Assembly: GCF_032062105.1 (NCBI RefSeq)
Contig: NW_026927214.1
Coordinates: forward strand, 1 to 64,000
Direction of reading: 5' to 3'
Length of the DNA stretch: 64,000 nucleotides
Source: Saccostrea cucullata
Lineage: Eukaryota
Position numbers and translations under genes: made by a program. Shown one piece after another: positions 25,601 through 38,702 of the stretch (position 1 is its first letter; the number at the start of each line of letters is the position of its first letter). The notes under the pieces were generated by a model that ran no database searches, had not been told where the DNA came from, and saw only the letters and a program-made list of their open reading frames with translations.

Positions 25601-26374
25601 GATGGACATTTCTCATATAAATCACCGGTTATTTAGTATAACGTAGTCTTTTTGCATCATCAAGACATTGAAACAGTTTCGTTGTAACTTAGTAAATCTG
25701 ATTGTTTTAGCAGAATAAACAATTTAAAGAGTATTTGCATATTATGAAGGTAACAGATAGGACATATTTTCATTATACTCTACCAATAAGACAAACTTAT
25801 CGACCTTTGAACCCTTTCTTTACTCACTTTCAAATCATGGCGCTCATAAACTTGAGACAACAGAAAATGATGATATATTGTGGATCATGAAAATAGTTCC
25901 TGGGAAAATGAGATAACTTTTATTTTAACATTTTCTTTCTGATAACAGGAATGACATAAACTGGTGGGACATGTCACTTCCTGAATGTTAAATACACGAT
26001 ACTAGTATTTAGTGGGCGGCATAAGTAAAACAATCATATTAAATTAATCTGTAAATGAATTCAATTAAAATGAGGTGCAAAATTTGTACATATCTTCACA
26101 GGGTAATATTTTCCCTATCATTTAAATAAGCGCGTTATAAAATTTTTGTTAATGTGACATGGTTTTACTGTTAAATTTTACTCGGAATGCAGAGAATATT
26201 TTTTATAAAACACCTGGGAGATGATCATAAAATTACTTATAAGCTATATGACCATGTATATTAACCAACGGGAAAAAAAATTTCACTCTAAAAAATGTTT
26301 TCCTATTATTCTGATCAAAAGACAAAAAAGTGGACTTTTTTTGAAAATGGCCCATCAATGATCTTACCTTGCAT
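22661..26374 (-). CDS. Galactoside alpha-1,2-fucosyltransferase (GT11, FUT1/FUT2-like); start micro-exon 26374-26368 plus main exon 23700-22661, ~348 aa
   Basis: GT11 motifs GRLGNQ, HVRRGD, SYGWW; type II anchor FLRRCAACLCVVFVLGAAFVMM; acceptor TTTTTCAG at 23700. A 20-nt exon (26387-26368, TTTCAG|...|GTAAGA) supplies ATG CAA G in the right phase. Main exon is secure; start exon is inferred. Confidence 0.9.
24457..26353. mobile_element. 1.9-kb non-autonomous TIR DNA transposon, 4-bp TSD (Sola-like)
   Basis: TIR GGG(T/C)CATTTTCAAAAAAAGTC, flanking ATCA direct repeat, internal GTAACAGGATGGACA motifs in both orientations. Confidence 0.75.
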
Positions 26375-27139
26375 CTTGAAGCATGACCTGAAACAGGAAA
26401 AGAGATAACATGTGTATAATAAAGAGGGTATAATTTATAGTATTCCATTTCACGTTACCAAATGATGTCCAACAGTTTTGTTGCATCAGAATTTAAGGGA
26501 AAAAAACTTCATTTTTATACTAAGATGATGGCAGAAAAAAATTCATGAAATATTTTAAGTAGAATGAAATCTACATATTGATAGGACAAACATGTCTTGA
26601 TTTCTTGAAGGATTTTTGGATATTTCTACTAAATGTTCATTAACACATCAAATACAAAATTCTGATAATATTTATAATAATAAAATAAGAACTCAGAAAG
26701 GGTGAAAAGATCATAAAAGAAGAATATAAAGCATATAAACTTCTGAAAAAAATTTAATATTTTTTTTTACCGAATATTTAACTGAGTATTATATTAGTTT
26801 CATGAAGTGGTAAGAGAATAAGAAACATACTATTTATTTATCTTGGCCTGATCAAGAGACTGGCTTGCATGATAATTTGTATAATTTAAACATGAATACA
26901 TTTATGCATAATTATCAGTCAAGCAAATTGCTTGATTATCATCAAGAAACAAAAAGTCTGGCAATTATTCCTTTAATTACATCTCTTGATTCCGTAAATT
27001 AACATGCTACAAGCCCAGCCTACTTCCTCTCTACCTTTCCCGCCCAGAATGTGGTCTTTTTAACCACACCACTCGACAGACCAGTAGCTTTACGATGGAA
27101 TTATTTTTTTTTTTTATTTAACTATTTGCACTTTTATCT

Positions 27140-27822
27140 CCAACAAAGAATTTATGAGACCAATAGGTCATATTGTTCACCTGAGCATTGTGGCTAGGAA
27201 AAAGCAAAAATCTTTTCAGCATTGTAAAGCTTACTTGGTCCATACCTACCCCTCAAAGGATATTGGGGTGTGATTTGAACAAACTATAATTGAATATACA
27301 CTAGCTTACAAATCTCTTTGGCTAACTGTAGCTCTTTTCCTATCCATTTGAACTTTCACTGTGGTGCCATCCTACCCCTGGGGGTCATGATTTTTAGGAG
27401 GCTGGGGGGTCAACAATTTAATCATAAATTAACCACCAGATTTAACTTATTTTTTTACATACAGTATCTTAAACTGTCAACTATCATTTGGCAAAGAAAA
27501 AATTCATATATTTTAGTTTTAAAATTTGACCATTTTTTATATCTTTATATGGAGCTCTTCTTTTAAAGGAGATAAAAATAGTCTTAAAATGGCTGCCATA
27601 CCCCAGCCTCGTTAACAAACTTGAATCTACACAACCTGAGGTTATGCTCCAATAGATAAAAACAGTAATCACTTTGCTGTTCTTTAATCACCCAAGGATA
27701 CTTTGTGGCCAGTTTGGTTGAAATTGGCCAATTGCTTCTTGAGAAGTTGAAAAATTAATGTAAAAAGTTTACAGATGGACAGTGAACAAAATGTGCTTAA
27801 GCCTTCAGTTCAGTTGAGCTAA
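27140..27822 (-). mobile_element. Degenerate HINE copy (family of 16481-17452)
   Basis: TCACCTGAGC end, TTTGAACAAAC core, GTTTGGTTGAAATTGGCC, TGAGCTAA end. Confidence 0.6.
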
Positions 27823-28016
27823 CAATTTACATGTATTTTAATATCATATATTTATTGATCTTTTAAAACATGAATGAAAAAAAAATTAAAAACTCAAGAT
27901 ATTCAAAATGAAAGTTTTGACTTAGTCATTTCTCACGTTTTGACTTAGTCATTTCTCACTTTGTGGTCCTGGAGCCAGTACCTGTTGCATGATGGAAAAT
28001 CAAAATTAGACATATT

Positions 28017-28274
28017 AGGCTATAAAAAAATATTTCTTGGTTCTCAGGCCCTCCCTCATCTCTTCCAAGGGTGCATCATTGACCCTTTTTATTGCTAAAT
28101 CAATAAAATAAAAACAACAAATAACCACCCTGATCATTTTTTGAGGTTTTGTACGGTGTAAAAAGCTGCTCTGTCATGTTTCTGGGGCAATAAAAAAGTT
28201 TTTTAAAAAATGCCTCCCTCCCTCATCACATGAAAAAAGGCCTGAGAACCAAAATATTAACTTTACATGGCCTT
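28017..28274. mobile_element. Small foldback MITE
   Basis: TAGGC...TTGGTTCTCAGGCC versus GGCCTGAGAACCAA...GGCCTTA inverted ends. Confidence 0.55.
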
Positions 28275-30451
28275 AGAAATAACACTAGCCTGGTGTAGAG
28301 ATCATGGGTTTTATAAACATATATTTACTGTCTCCTGTTACAAATCTAATTGTAAATAAAATTTAAATTACAGCTTTTCTGGGGTTTGACATCACTTCAG
28401 AAATATTTTAAAATCCAAAAGGTGCTTAAGATTAGTGAACTGAATGTAAAAGGCTGAAGAAAACATTGAAAAAGGCGGTACATTAGAGAGTAGTGAGAGA
28501 TTAAGAGTGATAGACAACTAATCAGGCATAAACCACAATATATCAGGCAAAACAATATCAATCTAGGAAGCTAAAATGCATGCAGATATTTGAGTTTTTT
28601 TTTATTTTTGGTCATGCAAGTTGTGAGTTTACAACACCCTCTACATGAGAATGGAAATTAGGCAATACTATAACTTTATGTATACTCCTTATTATAAGGC
28701 TTATAGTGAATTAGGAATCTAGAAAGTATGCTTAAGCTAACAGCAAGCCCTAACACATTAGAATAAGTTATCATTGTTAGTTCATACTACATGTAGTAAT
28801 ATGGTGTTATCCAATGCAATTATCATGCTTAGCAATACAGTAGTACTTACCGTAGCATTTTAGAAGCTAAAATACTGGCTTCTCTGTAAATTGGTTATTT
28901 TGTAATGTTAAAGGTAAAAACATGCATCATTTGAAAATTTATTTTACACATGGATTGCAAATCATGATTTGACTAGATGAGGTTTTACACGACCATAATT
29001 TGTATGTAGTATATATTTTGTATTTATGCAACATACATACATGTACTTCTCAAGGAAATATGATGTGTGAACTCTTATTTGGAGTTATTTCTCCATTATA
29101 TTTAATGTACTGGAAACAATTTACATTCAAATGAGTTGATATATATCTATTTTAAATAAAGAAAACGCTTTTACATTCTCCAAAAAAGTTTATCTTTATT
29201 TTTTATTTTCTATTCACAATAAATAAGGGCCTAGAATTGCTCTCAATTAATAAACCTAAGGCCATCATTAAAATTATTTTTGTTTGATGTACTCCGACCC
29301 ACATTTTTCAAGGTGGGTAGGTAGGTAGGTGTTTGATTTTTTCTTTGCGTAATACAGTATTGAACAAATTGAGAGGTGACATCAAAATTATAGGACTCAC
29401 AAATTTATTTATGTTTTCACTACACGCAGGATAGCTACACAAATTTAATATTTATTGCTATTAAATTTTTAATCAGAACTCATCCTAGAAAAATTGTATA
29501 CCTTACCTTATCTTATCAATTTCTATGGAACATCAATCATTTTCAAATCATTTTTTCTTGTTGGCCTAAGCTAAATTCTATCTCATGCCTATCATGCACA
29601 CATTTTCCCTGGGTAAATGTGTTATAAAAGTAACATGACTATAAAGATCACAAACAGAATGCTAGTGTTTAGGTTAGATCACAAACAGAATATGCTAGTG
29701 TTCAAGTTAGACAAAATTGTCATTCTACAGAGGCAATCAAAAATACTTTATATCAGCTAGTAACACTGCATCTTTGGAGAAATTATTCAGACTGGTTTCC
29801 GGACAGGCATGCACTGCTTCACATCAGTCTATCATCTTAATAATTACCTACACCAGCCCAGTGGAATTAATATCAAACAACTTTGTCATGGTATTTACAA
29901 TGAAGTGCATTGATTTGAAGTGGTAAAATTCTTCTTTTGAATGGAAAATTAGGCTCTATCCTACTGAACATCAGTCGTTACAAAAAGCCACACCTATTTC
30001 TTCAGAAATGATAATTAAAGAGGTATTCATCTTAATTCTTTAAACTAACTGTAACCCATTCAAAGCGAGCAACATGGGTTTAACAGATCTCAAATAGAAA
30101 ATTATGAAGTTAGTAGACAAAGTAAAAGACTTCTCACTTCTGTTAAACATTGTAATGAATATGTACATTATTTGTGAATCTATCATTTATTGGAGTATAG
30201 GTACATTACAATACATTATCGATCAAACACATTTTCTCTCTGTTTATGAAGACTGCTAAATTGATTGACTATTGTATTTTAGAATACAGCCTGTACATTA
30301 CATATATTCCAATCCATTTGACTGCTGTTTCAATCTCAACATTTAAGAACTAATTCACTTCATTGTATTTTGAAAATCTCCAAAAAAATGTTCTACATGT
30401 AATAATCATGATAATGAATGTAATAATGAAACTTGAACTATTGTTTAGAGA

Positions 30452-31142
30452 TAACTGCAAAACTGTAGTATTATGATTTTATATATGACCATAACACTAC
30501 AGTTCCCGTAATGCAAAAAAAGAGAGCAATTTACATAAGATTTTTTGCGCACTTTTGGAGAGAATTTCTCCAGTTTCCTTCATTGATCAACCAACATACT
30601 ACTTTCACTCACTAATTTTAGACACATTTTTTAACCAACCTTTGTATTTTATCCGCCTCCCAACCCATTATAATCGTCTATAATGGTGATGATAAACTAG
30701 CTTTACTTGTGTGGCGGTCAGCTGGATTTGATCACCGGTGGCCAGATCGCTCAGTTGGTAGAGCACTTGACCGGAGTTTCAGGGGGCCCGGGTTCGAATC
30801 CCGGTCTGGTCCGCTGCATTTTCTCCTCTCCCGTTACATTTGAAATGTCTGTTGGATTGCAGGAAATTCAAAACAAGCTGGTTTATCGCTTGTAGAGAAG
30901 ACTATAAAGGGTTGGGAGGTGAATAAAATATACAGATCATTGGGTAAAGAATGTGTCTAGAACTAGGGAATGAAAGGTAGATGACTGACCAATGCTGGAA
31001 ACTGGAAAACAATTTCCCTAACAATGCACAAAAAATCTTGCGCCATAAATTGCACATTTTAGCATCATGAGATCTGTAGCGTTATGGTCAAAGATAAATA
31101 GACAACCATACATAAAACCATAACACTACAGTTCTGCAGTTA
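30452..31142. mobile_element. Old foldback element with ~250-bp inverted arms, interrupted near its centre by a tRNA-containing solo LTR
   Basis: TAACTGCA.AACTGTAGT.TTATG inverted at both ends; CCTCCCAACCC/GGGTTGGGAGG and TAGACACATT/AATGTGTCTA paired. Confidence 0.75.
30710..30838 (+). mobile_element. tRNA-like sequence inside a 129-bp probable solo LTR (Helenus-like TRIM); not a canonical tRNA gene
   Basis: TGTGGCGG...CCGTTACA termini, CTTG/TTTG flanks, A box GCTCAGTTGG, B box GGTTCGAATCC, acceptor stem GGCCAGA/TCTGGTC, irregular 8-nt anticodon loop. Confidence 0.7.
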
Positions 31143-32575
31143 GTTTACAGAGTGAAAGGGAAAATGAGATTTATTTGGAATTTGTTACAATTCTATATCA
31201 ATTATAAACTTTGGGAGTATATTAATGTTGGAAGGAGTGATTTTTTTTTTTGGACAGGAAATATAAGATGCTATCAGACTCTGGCTGAAGATTATTGGGT
31301 TGGGAGGGATGGGGGTACGTGTTATCACTAAATGTTTATCACTTATGCAAAAGATTTCTCCCTATTTTTGTGACATTGCTTTTTGTCCTCTTTGATTATA
31401 TGGAAACTTGATACTAATGGGTGAGATTGTTAAAATTAAAATCTAAACCGTCGTACGCAAAAATCTGCAACTTTGACATGTTTGAGTTCAACTGTTATTG
31501 TTAAGCTCATAAAAGATCCGGAAAAAGAGAGTTTTAAGGAAATACACAGAAATTACATTTTAAATTTTCTAAATATTAAATCTCCATACCTGAATCACAT
31601 GTTTTGTTTCATTTTCTCTCATTCATGTTTGGTTTTTCCAGCCTAAGTAAATTCGAGGAATTTCGAACTATCCTTGAACAACTCGTTCAAAAATTGGGTC
31701 TTCTGAATAAACATACCTAGAATGTTTCGCGTCTGAGCGCGGGTTTTTGAATTTTATGAATCAGTCACCTGCAATGAAAAAGAAAATCTGGAAAAGGGGG
31801 GAATTAATCATAAATTTATTTACAAAGTTAAAACAGGAACATATATACTAAATATTATAGTAGAAAGAACATAGTCCCTGCTTAAACATTATTCGAGATC
31901 AAAAGTCCATAAAACAATACAAAATAGGAGCAAAGCAAACACGGATCTCCAAAGCATATAAGAGGTGGGATCAGGTGCCATAGAATGTAAAATCTGTAAT
32001 TTGAAAAAACAATTTTAATAAACCGTCAGTTAACTGAATATATATACTCCTTCTTCAGTGATTTGAATATTTTCTTTGAATAAAGAAAGTAATCCTTTTC
32101 TTTAGTTCTATATTTCATTGACTGAAGTTCATGATCGGAAATCAACGCTTTATCAATTCTGGGATTATCTTTCCGTTTTAAGGCGACAGAGCTAGGAATG
32201 GGGAAGGAAACGATTATAATACAACTTACGTGTATAATAGGCCTAGTTGATTGTGTAACAAAGACCCCGCTTTATTACGAGGTATATAAGATTTGGAGTT
32301 TGTAGACATTTCACCAGTGACATTATCTAACTGGTATCTCATTTTTTTTCACTTGCGCCCCTAGGTGGTACTGGCAGATATATGTAAGGGATAAATAACG
32401 AGATGGTATTGAATAGTTTAGAGAAAACATTCTTTCCGAGGGCCGAAGGCCCGAGGAGGGGATGTTTTCTCTAAACTATTCAACACTATCGAGTTATTTA
32501 TCTTACTTTAAAAAATTCCCTACTTTGGGCCCCAAAGAAACATTCACCCATTCAAATATCCAACTTACTGTAATA

Positions 32576-35500
32576 CAATGAAGCGCATTGAAGTGGTAAA
32601 ATTTTCCATTTGGACGAAACGTTCTGAGTCATGTTTTGAACGTCAATAATAACATAAAGACACGCCCATTTCTTTAGAAACGAGAAAGGAAAATATTCGT
32701 CGTGGGACACTACACTTTCCGCGACAAGCAACATGAGTTAACTGAAATGAAGATTTTTAAATAAGAAAAAGCTATATATAGAGTTCCCGCTTATGTAAAA
32801 CACGCATTGCAACGAATTTGTACATAATTATAATTTTATCATGTTTACTGGATTTAGCATAGCTCATGTATCAGTCGAACACGTGCTTACTCGGTGTTTA
32901 TGTAGACCGTCAATTTCATTGGCTATTATATTTATGATATACCTGTTCTACAGGTATTCTATGTAATAGTAAGATCATATGAAGAGAAATCTTCGTCATG
33001 AAGAATGGGCGGAGCGAAGCGGAAGATTTCTCTTCATATGATCTTACTGACTGTAAAAAATCAGCCAATCAAATGAATGGATTATCAAAAGAAACTCCTC
33101 CCACGGCTGTGTCATATATAAGGCTCAATTTGACCGCTCGTTGTACATATCGAGCACGCAATCAATATCGAACACACGCGGTTTCAGAATAGACTCCCAA
33201 CCCAGTCAGGTTAGCACGAGATTATATGAAATAGCTTGATTTACTGGGGAAATGGTATGGTGAAGATATTAAAGGTACTGAACTAATGAACACTAATGTA
33301 ACGAGAATCGTAATATCTAAATTTTTGAAAAATGATTTTGTTAAGATGACAAGGCCCTAGTCAGCAGGAGTGGGTATCGCTGTCTAGTATCAAATAAAAA
33401 TTTGTTGAAAATTGTGATTAAAATCTGTCTTCAAAGACAATGTTCGTCTCTGATATATACATGACGATGGTTGTATTTTCTGTATGTACCGACATGTGGA
33501 AAAAAAAATAATATTCAGAAAGGCGACAAAAGATTACAGTGGGGAAAAAAGTGTAGCAAGGCTTAGAAAATTTAAATATCATTGTAAACAGCACGTGGGT
33601 TTTGAATAGTTTCTTTTTGTGTGTTGAACAAAGACCAACGAAGACACACCCATTTAACTGTCAAGTGAACCAATCAGACACCGTCGAATTATTCAGAAAT
33701 AGAAGAATTCTTCACCATGAAGAATCAATTCTTCGCGAGGAATGGAAGCATTTGATTGGCTGAATAAGTAGGTTATGTTCTAATGAATCGTTTGACCGAT
33801 TTTTCCTTTCTAAAGAAATGGGCGTGTCTAAATATAGCTCAAAACGTTCCATCCAAACAGAAAATTTTACCACTTCAATGCGCTTCATTGTACAATAGGA
33901 TGTACAATGAAGCGCATTGAAGTGGTAAAATTTTCCGTTTGACTGGAACGTTTTGAGCTATCTTTAGAACAAAGATTTTCATACAATGACACGCCCATTT
34001 GTTTAGAAAGGAAAACATCGGTCTAATGGTTCATTCGAATACCTGTAGAACAGGTATTCCATAAATATAATAACCAATCAAATTGACGGTCTATATACAT
34101 AAACACCGAGTAAGCACGTGTTCGACCGATGCATGTGTTATGGTTACTCCAATAAACATGATACAATGAAACGCATTGAAGTGGTAAAATTTTCCGTTTG
34201 GATGGAACGTTTTGAGCGATCTTTAGACAGGCCCATTTCTTTAGAAAGGAAAAATCGGTCAAATGATTAAAACGAATACCTGTAGAACAGGTAATCGAAT
34301 ACCTGTAGAACAGGTATTCTATAGATATAATAGCCAATCAACTCTACGGTCTACATAAACACAGAGTAAGCACGTGTTCGACTGATACATGTGTTATGCT
34401 AACTCCAATAAACATGACAAAATCATAATTATGTACAAATTCGTTGCAATGCATGTTTTACAGAAGCGAGAACTCTATATATAGCTCTTTCTTATTTGAA
34501 GATCTTTATTTCAGTGAAACTCATGTTGCTTGTCGCGGAAAGTGGGGTGTCCTAAAACATTACGACGAATATTTCTTTCTCGTTTATAAAGAAATGGGCG
34601 TGTCATTATGTTATAATTGACGTTCAAAACATGACTCAGAACGTTTCATCCAAATGGAAAATTTTACCACTTCAATGCGCTTCATTGTAAATTAATAATT
34701 ATTGACAAATCCTTTGAAATACATGCTTTACAGAAGCAGGAACTATCTAACTTTCTCTCTCTTATAACTTTAAAAATCTCCATTTCGGTGTAACTTATGT
34801 TGTTTGTCACGAAGAGTGGGGTGTCCTAAACATTTTGACGAATATTTCTTATTCGTTTCTAAAGAAATGGGCGTGTCATTATGTTATAATTGACGTTCAA
34901 AACATGACTCAGAACGTGTCATCCAAACAGAAAATTTTACCACTTCAATGCGCTTCATTGTAGCCCATTCAAATATCCAACCGTTACACAAAACAATGGC
35001 CTAATCGAACACCCCTTTTTATTCATGGACTAGTGAGCACGAAACTACAATAATATGGTGCTGATTTCATTTTAACCCTTTTCATTGTACTGAACAGTCA
35101 TGAAATCAGACGAAGACTATTTTTAAATCCAATGTAAATTAGAGAGGTTCAGATAGTGTTATGGATACTTTTGACCTGAAAGCTGAAGGAAACTACAGGA
35201 TTTTTATAAAAGGTTGGGATTTTGTCATAACATATCGTAAGATGATGGTTTGTTGAGGAAAAGCGTTGAATTCTTCTGGAGTTCCATTCGGACAATACTT
35301 GTAATAGTGCTTAAACAGATGAAAAGATTGGCGGTGTTATGCTGAACCTGCTGTAAAAAATTCCATATCAAGATCTTCAATCAAAATGGTGTCGAAAATA
35401 GATGGGCTGTCAATTATTCCAGTTTTTTTGGGAAGTACGCCGGAAAAGAATGAAACAGATGAATATCGGATAATCTGAAGGGATTTACGGATGACGGACC

Positions 35501-37797
35501 CTGAAATAATATTAACCAATAAGAGGTGATGCAGTTTAAGATTCAAGGTGAAAATGTATTTATGTGTTAAAAAGTGATGCTTTCAAGATTTAAGACCGAA
35601 AACATTCCTAAAAGTGTGCAAAATTCGGAGGAATTGTTATTTCTGTGAGCATTGGAAGTGCGTTTGAAACACAATAAATGTGAAGTTATTACGGTAATTC
35701 CGTGTGCACTGGAAATTGATTCTAATAGTGTGGCAAATTCGGAGTAATTATTTTTCACATGCATTGGAAATACATTTTAAAATTGTTTTATCTCTTTTGT
35801 TCATTGTTTTATGTTTTCTGCACCTCATTTGGGTATTTAAATATCCAACCGATAGGCAGTTGGATATTTTGAATATCCAACTGCCTGTCGGTTGGATATT
35901 TTGAATATCCAACTGATGGCCAGTTGGATCTTTAAATATCCAACTAGTGCTGGTTGAATCGGTAAAATATACGTAGACTAATAACGGTGACGTCATAGAA
36001 GTTTTTTAAACTGAGATATATCTTTCAAATTAAGTACTGAGAATTTAATCTCTTGCATGTATGTCATGAGCATCTTTGCTAGCCAAGGGTTACTACAGGT
36101 ACTTGTGGACAGCAGCCCCCCCCCCCCCCACCAATTCAACCTCGGGGCTTGCTGGACTTTATTTCACAAATTATATTTATTACACTTATTCCCTATGTGT
36201 ACCATAAGAAAATTAGTTAAAACCCCAAAATAATTGTTCCAAAAAAAAACCCAACTCTACTAGGCATTACAAGAGGGATCCCTTTTATAAGCCCCGGGGC
36301 TGAATATGGGATAATCCTTGGCTAGCGAAGAAGCTCATGACATACATGTAGAAGAGAATGGTACACATGATGAACAAGTGTAATAGATATAATTTGTGAA
36401 AAAATATCAAACAAGCCCCGGGGTTGAATATCAGGGGTGGGGACTCCTTTCCACAGCGAGGGTTACCTGTACTTATAGGCTATTCATGTAAGAGGACAGT
36501 ATACCTATCAGTCACCCTTGCCTAGCGAAGATGCTGTGTTATGAGATGAAGAAAACACTTGACGCGGTGTCACGGTCACAGGCACTTGTTTCGGTAATAA
36601 ATATTTAACCCATAGTATAATATCATACTATGGGTTAAATACTATGAAGCGCATTGAAGTGGTAAAATTTTCCGTTTGGATGAAACGTTCTGAGTCATGT
36701 TTTGAACGTCAATTATAACATAACGACACGCCCATTTCTTTAGAAACGAGAAAGGAATTTTCGTCGTAATGTTTTAGGACACTACACTTTCCGCGACTTG
36801 CAACATGAGTTACACTGAAATGAAGATTTTTAAATAAGAAAAAAGCTATATATAGAGTCCTTGCTTTGGTAAAACATGCATTGCAACGAATTTGTAGATC
36901 TACATAATAATGATTTTATCATGTTTATTGGAGTTAGCATAGTATATGTATCAGTCGAACACGTGCTTACTCGGTGTTTATGTAGACCGTCAATTTCATT
37001 GGCTACTATATTTATGAAATACCTGTTCTGCAGGTATTCGATTGAATCATTTGACCGATATTTCTTTTCTAAAGAAATGGGCGTGTCTAAAGAAGCTCAA
37101 AACGTTCGATCCAAACAGAAAATTTTACCACTTCAATGCGCTTCATTGTATTTATTACCGAAACAAGTGCCTGTGGTCACGGTAGTACGTTCAATTCATA
37201 TGTCTTCCCGATATGCACATTGAGCTTGAAATAACAGTGATAAAGGATACCACAGAGTCACAGTGATATATCTGTTTCATACAATGAAGCGCACTGTTCA
37301 AAGTGGTAAAATTTTCCGTTTGGATGAAACGTTCTGAGTCATGCTTCGAACGTCAATTATGACATTATGACACGCCCATTTCTGTGGAAACGATAACGAA
37401 ATATTAGTCGTAATGTTTAAGGAACACCACTCTTCGTGACAAAAACATGAGTTACACCGAAAAGGAAATTTTTAAAGTTATAAGAGGGAGAGTTAGATAG
37501 TTCCTGCTTCTGTAAAACATGTATTTCAACGGATCTGTCAATAATTATGAATTAATCATGTTTATTGGAGTTACCATAACACTTGTATCGGTCGAACACG
37601 TGCTTACTCGGTGTTTATCTAGACCGTCAATTTGATTGGCTGTTATATTTATGGAATACCTGTTCTACAGGAACCATTTGGCCGATTTTACTTTTCTAAA
37701 GAAATGGGCGTGTCATTGTATGACAATCATCGTTCTAAAGATAGCCCAAAACGTTCCAGTCAAACGGAAAATTTTACCACTTCAATGCGCTTCATTG
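32576..37797. mobile_element. Cluster of five ~510-bp TA-flanked MITEs of one family: 32576-33890 (interrupted), 33905-34960, 34164-34687 (nested), 36642-37148, 37282-37797
   Basis: TIR CAATGAAGCGCATTGAAGTGGTAAAATTTTC with TA flanks and shared internal sequence (GTCGAACACGTGCTTACTCGGTG, AAAGAAATGGGCGTGTC). Confidence 0.9.
36577..37175. mobile_element. ~90-bp hairpin MITE with 8-bp TSD, split by the 36642-37148 MITE
   Basis: CACAGGCACTTGTTTCGGTAATAAA / TTTATTACCGAAACAAGTGCCTGTG; TSD GTCACGGT at 36569-36576 and 37176-37183. Confidence 0.9.
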
Positions 37798-37817
37798 TAT
37801 ATGAATATTTTAAAAGA

Positions 37818-38702
37818 AACAAGATGTGAAACACTATGTGCCCGGCGGTAATAAAGTTCGAAAAAGCTATTTTTAGCATATAGGTCATAGTCGAGGTCAC
37901 AAGGTCATTGACCTTGATGTCATTTGAAAGAACTTGTATAGTGGCCGGAGTACGTATACCAAATATGAAGTCTCTAGTTGTGGTTAAAAAAATTATGGAT
38001 TAATATGGCGAAGGTACGAGAAAGTTATTTTTAGCTTACAGGTCATAGTCAAGGTCTATAAGGTAATGACCTTGGTGTCATTTGAAAGAGCTTGATTAGT
38101 GGAGTATGCATACCAAATATGAAGTCTCTCTAGTTTAAGAAGTATTTTATTCATAATATACAAAATGTACAATATGAATATGGATTGAACAGCAGGCCAA
38201 GGGCCTATATCAGTTCTCTCCATTTGAGATCAAGGTACAATTAAATAAATTACTGTACATATTTTAAATTTCATAAAACATGTATTATAAATTAATATTG
38301 AGAAAATTATAAAGAATACATAATTGAAGAAGTCTCTCTCTTTTATGGTTCAATAGTTATCGCACATAGGTCACAGTCAAGGTCACAAGGTTATCGACAT
38401 TGGTATCATTTCAAAGAGCTTAATTAGTGGATTATGTATGGCAAATATGAATTCTCTTTCTCTCACGGTTTAAAAGTTATGGCAAAGATTAAAATTTCCA
38501 GACAAAAAGTGTATTTTTAGCAGTCAATGTCACTAAGTCATTGATCTTGATGTCATTTGAAAGTGCTTATTAAGTGGAGTATGCACACCAAATATGAAGT
38601 CTCTGTCTTTAATGGTTCAAAAGTTATGGCGAGGTTAACGTTTGCAGACAGACAGACAGACAGGACAAAAACAATATACGCCTCGATCCGGACGCATAAA
38701 AA
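37818..38702 (-). mobile_element. HINE-type element with CAAGGTCA-rich tandem core
   Basis: Repeated CCAAATATGAAGTCTCT units, (GACA)n, GCATAAAAA end. Confidence 0.75.

Noticed and set aside
30740-30812. Functional tRNA gene
   Set aside because: Irregular anticodon loop and LTR-like boundaries.
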